DNA of 64,000 nucleotides, taken from positions 1-64,000 of IMG/VR virus record IMGVR_UViG_3300031851_000004; one strand, given 5' to 3'. The translations under genes were made by a program, and so were the position numbers. The notes beneath the pieces are model-generated. The model worked only from the letters and a program-made list of their open reading frames with translations, did no database searches and had not been told where the DNA came from. The DNA comes from a virus. Numbering within the stretch: position 1 is the stretch's first letter; the number at the start of each line of letters is the position of its first letter. Below, one piece after another: positions 49,130 through 57,722 of the stretch.

Positions 49130-51541
49130 ATGAATAAATTCAACTTAACCCCTAGGGTTCAAAAAATAATCAACCTGTCCAGAGAAACTTCTCTGAATTT
49201 AAACTCAACAAATATTTGTTTAAACCATCTCCTTCATTCTATTTTGGATACGGATCAATCAACTATACTTAACTTTTTTCAAGATTTAAATATACCACTA
49301 GAAGATTTTAAAATTTTTGTATACAACGAAATTGATAATGATTTCGAAGACACCGCTGCTGCAGATAAAAAACCTTCTGTTTTTTGTTCTGACTTTAAGG
49401 AGGTTTTTACTTCAGCTAAGGATTTCTCTGAAGAGTTAGATCACAACTATATAGGGGTTGAACATTTATTTTATGTCCTACTTACCTTTGATGCTTCTCC
49501 TCTACCTGGCTTCTTAAAAACTTTTGATGTTGACCTAAAGAAAGCGATTAAAAAGTTGAGGAATTTTTTCTCCACTGGGGAGTGGAAACAGAACAGGATT
49601 CCTAAAAACTTCGAATCCACCCCTCAAACAAAAGACCCATCCAGTTCAACAAATTTAGAACTTTATGCTAAAAATTATAATATATTAGCACAACAAGGTG
49701 CTTTTGATAAAGTAATAAGTAAGGAACAAGAGATAGAAAAAATATCTGAAATATTATGCAGAAGAAATAAAAATAATCCCATATTAGTAGGACCTCCAGG
49801 TACTGGAAAAACTTCTCTTGTAGAGGGGCTTGCTCAATCAATAGTAAATGGAAGTTGTACTAATTTTTTGGGAAATAAAACCATTTACGAAATTGATCTT
49901 GCTGGAATAATAGCTGGGACAAAATATCGTGGTCAATTTGAAGAAAGAATAAAAGGTATTATCCAAGAGGTCGAATCAAACCAGAATATTATTTTATTTA
50001 TAGATGAAATACATACAATAATAGGTGCTGGTGCTGCTGAAGGAAGTATGGATGCTGCAAATATACTTAAACCAGCTTTAGCTAGAAGCAGAATAAAGTG
50101 CATTGGAGCTACCACCCCTAAAGAATACAAAAAATTTACTACAAAAGACTCTGCCTTAGAAAGAAGGTTTGAAAGAATAGAGATAAACCAGCCATCACAG
50201 ACTCAAACATACAAAATTATTAATGGAATCATCGAGCAATATGAAAAATTCCATCATGTTTCTTATAGAAAAAATTCTATAAAATTAGCTGTTGATATGT
50301 CGGTCAGATATATACCAGATAGACAGCTCCCAGATAAAGCTATAGATATAATAGATCAAGCGGGAGCAAAAGTTAAAATGAAAAACTTCACAAAACCTCA
50401 GTCGGCAAAAGATCTAGAGGAACAAATAGAGTTGTTGATGCTGGAGGAGGATAATGCAGAAAGTACTGATAATAAATTTGCAATGAAGCAGGATAAGTTG
50501 ATAGAGAAATATAAATCTGTTTTAGATAAATGGGCTAGTAAATACGAAAAAACAAGATTCTTTGTTACTAAAGAGGATATCTTTGATGTGATCTCTTCTA
50601 GAACTGGAATCCCCGTAGGAAACTTAACCCAAAAAGACTCTGAAAAACTCATAAATTTAAGCAAATCTTTAAACAAAACAGTCTTCTCTCAGGAAGAAGC
50701 TGTGCTAACAATTTCAGATTGCTTAATTAGATCAAAAAGTGGTCTTTCTGATGAGAATAAACCAATGGGTTCCTTTTTGTTTTTGGGTCGAACAGGTGTA
50801 GGTAAAACATATTTAGCAAAAACAATCGCTAAAGAATATTTTGGGAGCGAAGATAATTTAATACATATAGATATGTCAGAATACTCTGAAAAGATAAACA
50901 TATCAAGGCTCATAGGGTCAGCTCCTGGATACGTTGGTTACGATGATGGAGGGCAACTTACAGACAAGATAAAATTAAAACCTTACTCAGTTTTATTATT
51001 TGATGAGGTTGAAAAAGCTCACCCTGAAGTTTTAAATATATTGCTTCAGTTGCTTGAAGAAGGTAGGTTGACTGACAACTTCGGAAGGCTATCTGATTTT
51101 AGTAATTGTATAGTTATAATGACTGGAAATATTGGAGCCCTCAACTTATCAAAAGGGGGGTCCTTCGGCTTCAACCAGACCTCAAGCTCAGATGGAATAA
51201 GGTTAAAAATTAGAGAAGAGGCTGAAAAAACATTAACACCAGAGCTTATAAACCGACTAGATGAAATTGTAGTTTTTAATGATTTCGACAAAGATCAATT
51301 AAAGAATGTTTTAAAATTAAAAGTAAAAGCCTTGCAATTAAAACTAAAACAGAGTAAGATAGAATTGATTGTATCGGAAGAGGCTATGGATTACATGACA
51401 GACCTTGCTCTTAAAGAAGAATTAGGAGCCAGACCAGTAAAAAGAATATTGCAAAAAAAAGTTGAAAACATAGCATCTAGATGGATTATAATCAATAAAA
51501 CTGGCACATTAAAAATAAACAAAGAAGATATAAATGACTGA
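49130..51541 (+). CDS. clpC: ClpC/ClpA-type AAA+ unfoldase
   Basis: Clp_N repeats, GPPGTGKT, FIDEIH, LPDKAID, short M-domain, GRTGVGKT, APGYVGY, LFDEVEKAH and a ClpP-docking-like SFGF loop. Confidence 0.88.
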   Translation: MNKFNLTPRVQKIINLSRETSLNLNSTNICLNHLLHSILDTDQSTILNFFQDLNIPLEDFKIFVYNEIDNDFEDTAAADKKPSVFCSDFKEVFTSAKDFSEELDHNYIGVEHLFYVLLTFDASPLPGFLKTFDVDLKKAIKKLRNFFSTGEWKQNRIPKNFESTPQTKDPSSSTNLELYAKNYNILAQQGAFDKVISKEQEIEKISEILCRRNKNNPILVGPPGTGKTSLVEGLAQSIVNGSCTNFLGNKTIYEIDLAGIIAGTKYRGQFEERIKGIIQEVESNQNIILFIDEIHTIIGAGAAEGSMDAANILKPALARSRIKCIGATTPKEYKKFTTKDSALERRFERIEINQPSQTQTYKIINGIIEQYEKFHHVSYRKNSIKLAVDMSVRYIPDRQLPDKAIDIIDQAGAKVKMKNFTKPQSAKDLEEQIELLMLEEDNAESTDNKFAMKQDKLIEKYKSVLDKWASKYEKTRFFVTKEDIFDVISSRTGIPVGNLTQKDSEKLINLSKSLNKTVFSQEEAVLTISDCLIRSKSGLSDENKPMGSFLFLGRTGVGKTYLAKTIAKEYFGSEDNLIHIDMSEYSEKINISRLIGSAPGYVGYDDGGQLTDKIKLKPYSVLLFDEVEKAHPEVLNILLQLLEEGRLTDNFGRLSDFSNCIVIMTGNIGALNLSKGGSFGFNQTSSSDGIRLKIREEAEKTLTPELINRLDEIVVFNDFDKDQLKNVLKLKVKALQLKLKQSKIELIVSEEAMDYMTDLALKEELGARPVKRILQKKVENIASRWIIINKTGTLKINKEDIND

Positions 51542-52061
51542 AGAAATCAAACAAAATGTAACTGAAAAGTATCAACTATCAATTCTTAAAGACCGAATTG
51601 TTGAGTATAATAAAATTGACGATTCCTATGTAGCTAGAGAATGGGACATTCATTCAGATGTTGAGAGTCTTTGTAAATTCCTTAAAAAAAATAAGGTAAC
51701 TGGCTTTTCGGAATCGAAAATAAGCACTGTAATTCAAAAAGGTAGTAATAAACTGGTTCAACTTGTGTTGGTTCCAAATTATGCGGATCCTCTGGAGGAG
51801 CTTCTTTTTAATTCTCGTAAAGAGGTAGAGGATTACATTAAATCTAAGGGCTTAAAGCCTAGCTCTAGCATTGCTCCAGACGAATACAAAGAGCAGTTAA
51901 GTAATTTCTTCGAAGGCAAAGAGTGCTTTTTTTCTGGAGCAAAAGATTTGCGTCTTAAGTTTGAGGAGGAAGCTTCTGAAATAGAACCAGCAGAAGAAGC
52001 TCAATTTAACTTGCAAAAAAAGTACGAACATATTATACTAGATATACTTTATAACCTATAA
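51534..52061 (+). CDS. hypothetical protein
   Basis: Overlaps the clpC stop. Confidence 0.65.
   Translation: MTEEIKQNVTEKYQLSILKDRIVEYNKIDDSYVAREWDIHSDVESLCKFLKKNKVTGFSESKISTVIQKGSNKLVQLVLVPNYADPLEELLFNSRKEVEDYIKSKGLKPSSSIAPDEYKEQLSNFFEGKECFFSGAKDLRLKFEEEASEIEPAEEAQFNLQKKYEHIILDILYNL
52011..52039 (+). promoter_or_regulatory. sigma70-like promoter
   Basis: TTGCAA-N17-TATACT upstream of 52067. Confidence 0.55.
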
Positions 52062-52066
52062 TTAAA

Positions 52067-52690
52067 ATGTCACTACAAATATATAAACCTAATAGTAAAA
52101 ATACTGGATCAGCTTTCACTTTCCAAAAATCAACAGACAAAAAAAGCGGTGCTCCTGTTTTTTACATCAGCGCAATATCTCAATTTTCATGGGATGATTC
52201 AAAAAAGACAGGGTCTTTTTCGGGAAATGCAAAAAACCCGCAAAAAACTATTAATGTAAAAATTAGTGAAACTGAAGCTGGCTCTTTTGTTAGTGCCTTC
52301 AATTCTAGATATGAGTATACTGCTTTTCATTCCTTTGATGGCAACAGTACGACAATAAAATTTACTCCATGGGATAAATCTACAAAAGTTTCTAAATACA
52401 ACCCTTCCTCAAAGACGTATGAAGAGGATTTTATTAATGTTCCAGCTTTTGGAATTACCCTCTCAAAAGGAAAAGGCAACTCTATTAAAATTGCTCTGGA
52501 TCCTGGAGAAGTGGAGGTCGTAAAAAACCTTTTTGAAATTTTCATAAAGAGTTCTTTGGAGAATAAAATACAGGAAGCCGCTAATAGTTATGCGGCCTCT
52601 AGGCTCAACCCGCCAGAAGCTAAAAGCAAAAAGGAAAAAACTCCCGAAGCTTCCGAAGCTTCCGAAGAATTTGAAGATGTACCGTTCTAA
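52067..52690 (+). CDS. Whirly/PC4-fold ssDNA-binding protein with an SSB-type acidic tail
   Basis: IYK, KISETEAG, AFH, IKFTP and IALDPGEV match the recalled Whirly pattern; ends EEFEDVPF. Confidence 0.65.
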   Translation: MSLQIYKPNSKNTGSAFTFQKSTDKKSGAPVFYISAISQFSWDDSKKTGSFSGNAKNPQKTINVKISETEAGSFVSAFNSRYEYTAFHSFDGNSTTIKFTPWDKSTKVSKYNPSSKTYEEDFINVPAFGITLSKGKGNSIKIALDPGEVEVVKNLFEIFIKSSLENKIQEAANSYAASRLNPPEAKSKKEKTPEASEASEEFEDVPF

Positions 52691-54600
52691 TGGGAAAAAA
52701 GAAAGTTTTATACCATAGTAATTTTTCTAAAATTTTAAGCGGTTTTGGGAAAAATGCAAAAAATATATTAAAATATCTTCAGTCAACTGGTAAGTATGAT
52801 TTAATTGAAGTTAGTAATGGTGTGTCTGAAAACCATAAAGACTTAAAAAAATTACCATGGAAAGCTATAGGTGGAGTCCCTGAAGATCAAAGTCTTGTAG
52901 ACAAAATAAATAAAGATCCTAATTTAGCTCGTAGTGCCCAGTATGGTTTTCTTAATATTGATAAAATAGTAAAAGAAGAAAAGCCAGATGTTTATTTGGG
53001 TGTTGAAGATATATGGGGCATATCTCCTTTGACTAAAAAACCTTGGTGGAATAAGATAAACTGTATGGCTTGGACTACTTTAGATAGTTTGCCGATACTT
53101 GCTGACGCAGTAAAATCCGCTCCTAAAATAAAAAATTATTACGTCTGGGCTAGTTTTGCGGAAAAATCTATGAAAAAAGATCATGGACTCGATCACATAA
53201 AAACTCTGCATGGAGCTGTCGATACTAAAAACTTTTCCAACCTAGGCGATGAAGCAAAAAGCTCGTTAAGATCAAAGTTTAATATTGACCCTGAATCATT
53301 CATTATAGGTTTTGTTTTTAGAAATCAACTAAGAAAAAGTGTTCCAAATTTAATTGAAGGTTTTAAGCTTTTTAAAAAAGAGTTTCCTCAAAGCAAAGCC
53401 AAACTACTTCTTCATACTAATTTTTCAGAAGGTTGGAGTATACCGTCGTTAGTAGAAGAGAAGGGTATTGACCCGTCAGACATTCTTTGTACGTACTATT
53501 GCCCTAAGTGCAAGAATTATGAAGTTAAACCCTTTTCTGGTCAAAATCTTACATGCCCATTCTGTAAATCTGAAAAATCTCAAAACACAGTTTCTATAAC
53601 TGCAGGAGTAAATGAGACTCAGTTAAATGAAGTGTATAATTTAATGGATGTTTATTGTCATCCGTTTACATCTGGAGGTCAAGAGATTCCAATTCAAGAA
53701 GCAAAACTTTGCGAGCTTATAACTTTAGTTACAAATTACTCTTGTGGCGAAGATTGTTCTACTTCTGAAAGCGGCGGGATGCCCTTAGATTGGTCTGAGT
53801 ATAGAGAGCCAGGAACCCAATTCATAAAGGCTAGCACATATGCTTCTAGCATTTCCAAAAACCTTAAAAAAGTTTTTAAAATGGATTTGCTTAAAAGAAG
53901 CTCTATAGGTAAAAAAGCTAGAGATTTCGTAATAAATAATTATTCAATCGAAGTTATTGGTAAGAAGCTAGAAGACATAATAGATGCCTTCCCACAAGTT
54001 GATTATGATTTCAAATTTGAGCAAGAAAAAAGGAATGAAAATTACAATCCGCCAGAGATAAAAGATGACTCTTCATGGCTTATTGATATATATAAAGGTG
54101 TCCTTAAGGTGGATCTGGACCACAACGATGAAGGGCATAAACATTGGATGTCTTCAATTAAGAATGGTGCAAAAAGATTGGATATTTTAAATCATTTTAA
54201 ATCGGTAGCTGTTGGTGAAAATTCTAAAATTGATTCTAGCAAATCTTCTGCTCCAGTTGATTTTAGTGCGATCCTAAAAACTTCAAACAAGAAAAAAGCT
54301 TTGTTTTGCATAAACTCTGACCCAGAAGACGTCCTACTAGTGACTTCTTTGCTGGGTGATTTTAATAAAAAAAACCCAGACTTTGATATCTTTTTCGCAA
54401 CAGATCCTAAGTTCTTTCAAATGGTCTCAACAAATCCTAATATATTTAAGGTAATCCCTTTTCAACCAGAGATGAACGATGAAAAAATTATGCTTGGTGC
54501 GGGGTTAGAAGATAATTACTTTGATGCTTGTTACAACTTCAACAATGTATTATCTAACTATTTAGCTATAGAAAATAAATCTTTTACTACCTATGAATAA
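52690..54600 (+). CDS. multidomain GT4 glycosyltransferase (Zn ribbon, DUF4214-like segment, GT9 N-half)
   Basis: SGFG, HGAVD, RNQLRK and GGQEIPIQEA motifs; CPKC..CPFC; C-terminal EDVLLVTSLL...NPNIFKVI. Confidence 0.8.
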   Translation: MGKKKVLYHSNFSKILSGFGKNAKNILKYLQSTGKYDLIEVSNGVSENHKDLKKLPWKAIGGVPEDQSLVDKINKDPNLARSAQYGFLNIDKIVKEEKPDVYLGVEDIWGISPLTKKPWWNKINCMAWTTLDSLPILADAVKSAPKIKNYYVWASFAEKSMKKDHGLDHIKTLHGAVDTKNFSNLGDEAKSSLRSKFNIDPESFIIGFVFRNQLRKSVPNLIEGFKLFKKEFPQSKAKLLLHTNFSEGWSIPSLVEEKGIDPSDILCTYYCPKCKNYEVKPFSGQNLTCPFCKSEKSQNTVSITAGVNETQLNEVYNLMDVYCHPFTSGGQEIPIQEAKLCELITLVTNYSCGEDCSTSESGGMPLDWSEYREPGTQFIKASTYASSISKNLKKVFKMDLLKRSSIGKKARDFVINNYSIEVIGKKLEDIIDAFPQVDYDFKFEQEKRNENYNPPEIKDDSSWLIDIYKGVLKVDLDHNDEGHKHWMSSIKNGAKRLDILNHFKSVAVGENSKIDSSKSSAPVDFSAILKTSNKKKALFCINSDPEDVLLVTSLLGDFNKKNPDFDIFFATDPKFFQMVSTNPNIFKVIPFQPEMNDEKIMLGAGLEDNYFDACYNFNNVLSNYLAIENKSFTTYE

Positions 54601-55771
54601 ACTTGAAAGGTTTAGTTTGCACTCAGCTCTTAAAGCTGGAAAACCATTTTTTAATGAGTGTTTTTTTCCCATCACTTATGATAAATATATAACCTTTGAG
54701 GCTTCAGCTTTAACCCCAGCATTAGATTATAAAAATTGGCAGGAAGTTATTGATTTCATGAAGCCTTTCCTAGATAGAGCTGGCATAAAAATTATAAGAT
54801 TAGGTCACGCCAAAAGCCCAGAAATAACTGGAGTCATTGATCATAGAGGAAAAGGGTTCAATCAAGACGCTTATATTATTAGCAAATCTTCGTTGCACTT
54901 AGGTTCAGAAAGGACTCTCTCTCTAACCGCTTATCATTTCAACGTGAAACAAGTCTGCCTTTTTTCCTCTTTTGAATCTAAACTTTATCCATTTAAGAAA
55001 AATAAATCTGATAAATTTATAGACTCAGATAAGAAGGGTAGGTTGCCTAGTTATTCTGAAATGGACACAGGGGAAACTGTAAACAACATATCGCCTTGTG
55101 TAATAGCCGAAAGAACTCTAAGTTCTCTTAAAATAAAAAATGACTTAGGAGAATTAAACCATATTTTCGCAGGAAAACTTTGTAATACAAAAACCATAGA
55201 GTTGGTTCCTGATTTCTCTCCAGATCCTAATTTTCTAAAAGGATCTTTGGTTAATTTGCGAGCTGATTTAGCCTTTGATGAGCAAAACATTTTTCAGTTT
55301 TCGCAGGGCAGGAGGCTGGGAATAATAACAGACAAAACCCTTTCAGTAGAACTTCTTAATGCCATAAAAGGCTCCGTTTCTAGAGTGTCGATAAATGCAG
55401 ATGCTGGAATAGAAGAAAGTTTTATAAAAAATCTTAATGATTTGAATATAGCTTACGAAATTTTTGTAAGTAAAAAGGATATACTCTCTGAAATTAGGCT
55501 AAAATTTATAGATGAGATTATCGAGTACTATCCTAAGACAACTAAAAAAGACGTTGATTTTTCTATTGATTCGAGTTACTCTAATTTAATCAATTCATCC
55601 AAAATATTAATATCTAAGGGAAAAAACTATGCAAGTAAAGCTCACTGGATTACAGGTAAAGAAATTAAACCTGGCTTGCAAGAGTTTATAGATACTTCTG
55701 ATTTTTGGGAAGACATTGATTTTATGAATATATACTCAATAAAACAAAATAATGGAAGTAAAAATAAGTAA
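54593..55771 (+). CDS. GT9 (heptosyltransferase-like) C-half fused to an unknown domain
   Basis: DYKNWQEVI...IIRLG...DHRG...AYIISKSSLHLG...VCLFS. Confidence 0.6.
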   Translation: MNKLERFSLHSALKAGKPFFNECFFPITYDKYITFEASALTPALDYKNWQEVIDFMKPFLDRAGIKIIRLGHAKSPEITGVIDHRGKGFNQDAYIISKSSLHLGSERTLSLTAYHFNVKQVCLFSSFESKLYPFKKNKSDKFIDSDKKGRLPSYSEMDTGETVNNISPCVIAERTLSSLKIKNDLGELNHIFAGKLCNTKTIELVPDFSPDPNFLKGSLVNLRADLAFDEQNIFQFSQGRRLGIITDKTLSVELLNAIKGSVSRVSINADAGIEESFIKNLNDLNIAYEIFVSKKDILSEIRLKFIDEIIEYYPKTTKKDVDFSIDSSYSNLINSSKILISKGKNYASKAHWITGKEIKPGLQEFIDTSDFWEDIDFMNIYSIKQNNGSKNK

Positions 55772-56570
55772 AGATATTGAAGCTTCAATGAAAGAAGCTG
55801 TCGTAAAAATAAAAAGAAAAGTTAAGGGTTCTGGAGTTGGTCCAGATTTATACAAAAGAGACGAAAACGGCTTATTAGAAAATGTAGATTACATTTTTAA
55901 TGATGACGGATCTGTTGATTGGAGGTCAATGATAAAAGATGAACACCTTTTCCCTAACAAAGGTTGGTTTGAGTCTAGAAAAAAATCAGTACCAAGATCG
56001 GTTGAGGGTTTAAAAGATTATCAATTGTTGATAAAATTAAGTGGAATAAAAGAGTTGGCTAGGTTAAGGGGTTTTGAAAGCGTTAGTTATTATTCTGACA
56101 AATGTGAACTCAATCATGTCGCTGTTTGTTGTACCATGACCTTTATAGGTAATTACGAAACAGGTGGCGGATCTATTGTTTTTCAAGACATGGCTAATGC
56201 AACTCTAGAAAACACAAGCAGTTTTGCTACAAAATTCCTAGAGACAATCGCTTGCAATAGAGCATTCGTTAGATGCGTTAGAAATTTTCTTAATATACAT
56301 ATTGTTGGAGATGACGAGATAGATAAATCAGATTCGCTTCAGCCTGTGAAATTTGGATCAGAGTCTTTGTCGCCGCAGGGCATACTCAAAAACGAAGCCG
56401 CTTTGTCTGGTATTTCTAATTTTGAATCTTTCATAAATACATTAAGAGGTTGGCATCGTGATGAGGTTTTTAAGGTTCCTTCTTCGATTGATCCTTCGTC
56501 TTGGTCTGGTTATACCGACATACCGCCAAAGTATGCTAGAGAATTTTTAAAAATTTTAAAAAATAATTAA
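55752..56570 (+). CDS. probable single-strand annealing protein (Rad52/Sak/RecT-like)
   Basis: GIKELA..G...ANA....LETIACNRAFVRCVRNFLNI..VGDDEI resembles the MAxxRAxxRAL..EE SSAP core. Confidence 0.55.
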   Translation: MEVKISKDIEASMKEAVVKIKRKVKGSGVGPDLYKRDENGLLENVDYIFNDDGSVDWRSMIKDEHLFPNKGWFESRKKSVPRSVEGLKDYQLLIKLSGIKELARLRGFESVSYYSDKCELNHVAVCCTMTFIGNYETGGGSIVFQDMANATLENTSSFATKFLETIACNRAFVRCVRNFLNIHIVGDDEIDKSDSLQPVKFGSESLSPQGILKNEAALSGISNFESFINTLRGWHRDEVFKVPSSIDPSSWSGYTDIPPKYAREFLKILKNN

Positions 56571-56573
56571 TAC

Positions 56574-57137
56574 ATGTCTAATAATAAGTGTGGAAAAGGT
56601 TTTAATTTGTTAAAAAAAACCAAGACCTACTTAGTAGGTCACATGCAATACAAAAGCGGTAGGGATTGGAGGTCTGAAGTAACTAAAAGCCTTAACCCTA
56701 TAGGAGTTACTTGCTTTGATCCGTATAAAAAACCATTTGTAAAAGACGTTGAAGAAGATGAAGATTCGAGGCGAGAGATGGAAATATGGATGGATACAAA
56801 ACAATACGACAGGGTTTCTGATAAAATGAAAACCGTGAGATCTTATGATCTTAACTTAGTTGACAGATCTGATTTTATAATAGCTCATTTGGTTCCAGAA
56901 GTGGCTTCGTGGGGTTCCGCAGAAGAAATAGTGACTGCGGTTAAGATGAAAAAACCTATTTTCATAAGCATGGAGGGTGGAAAATCAAAAACACCTCTTT
57001 GGATGCTTGGAATGCTACCGCATAAGTATATCTATAACAGCATAGATGAAATTGTAAAAATGCTTTTCGCTATAAATGAAGGTAGTAAGCCTATTGATTC
57101 TGACCGTTGGAGGTTATTGAGGGCAGAGTATAGATAG
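56574..57137 (+). CDS. nucleoside 2-deoxyribosyltransferase / dNMP N-glycosidase-like protein
   Basis: YLVGHM, WR, FDP, D..VDRSD and SWGSAEE..KP motifs. Confidence 0.75.
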   Translation: MSNNKCGKGFNLLKKTKTYLVGHMQYKSGRDWRSEVTKSLNPIGVTCFDPYKKPFVKDVEEDEDSRREMEIWMDTKQYDRVSDKMKTVRSYDLNLVDRSDFIIAHLVPEVASWGSAEEIVTAVKMKKPIFISMEGGKSKTPLWMLGMLPHKYIYNSIDEIVKMLFAINEGSKPIDSDRWRLLRAEYR

Positions 57138-57428
57138 CCTACTGATTATATCATTTAAATTATTATAATTTATAGATTCTATTCGTATGTTTGCTATTTC
57201 TTTTTTGGTTCTTATAGATATTCCGTATTCTGATTTGGGTTTTATGAAATCATATACAAAATCATAAGCTCCTGTATTTTTCAACCACTTATAATAGAAG
57301 TCTCTATATTCTTTTTTGCATTCCAAGAGCACTTGGCGACCCAATAAACAATTTGAATATAGAGTAATGTCTCTAAACAAGACCACCTCGCTAGGCGGTT
57401 CGCAAAGCTCTGCTTCTATTATTAACAA
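57114..57428 (-). CDS. hypothetical protein
   Basis: Follows 57432-57629 on the minus strand; TTG start. Confidence 0.55.
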   Translation of the reverse strand: MLIIEAELCEPPSEVVLFRDITLYSNCLLGRQVLLECKKEYRDFYYKWLKNTGAYDFVYDFIKPKSEYGISIRTKKEIANIRIESINYNNLNDIISRLSILCPQ

Positions 57429-57431
57429 AAT

Positions 57432-57629
57432 TTAAACTTTTTGCCAGGTATTGTTTTCTTTCTTGAAATATACAGCTTTTAATTCTGCATTTTCGCCTGT
57501 TAACGACCCCGAATCACATGTTGCTTTGAACATTTCTATCGCAGTCTCAGGGTTTAAGGCTTTATAATATCTGGAGCTATGGGTTATTGATTTTTTGTTT
57601 TCTAATAGATAATCTACTTTATACGTCAT
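57432..57629 (-). CDS. hypothetical protein
   Basis: ATG start preceded by GTGTAA. Confidence 0.65.
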   Translation of the reverse strand: MTYKVDYLLENKKSITHSSRYYKALNPETAIEMFKATCDSGSLTGENAELKAVYFKKENNTWQKV

Positions 57630-57640
57630 TATTAATTATA

Positions 57641-57646
57641 TTACAC
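57641..57646 (-). promoter_or_regulatory. GTGTAA motif 11 nt upstream of ATG
   Basis: Reverse complement reads GTGTAAtataattaataATG. Confidence 0.5.
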
Positions 57647-57671
57647 TTCTTATCGTCTTTTAAAAAACTTA

Positions 57672-57699
57672 TTGCTTTTTTTTAAAACTACTGTAATCT
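57672..57699 (+). promoter_or_regulatory. sigma70-like promoter of the tmRNA
   Basis: TTGCTT-N16-TAATCT. Confidence 0.45.
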
Positions 57700-57722
57700 A
57701 TATTAGATCTTTGAAAATTTAT

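Noticed and set aside
52646-52668. GAAGCTTCC tandem repeat
   Set aside because: Small duplication in a disordered linker (EASEAS); no further signal.
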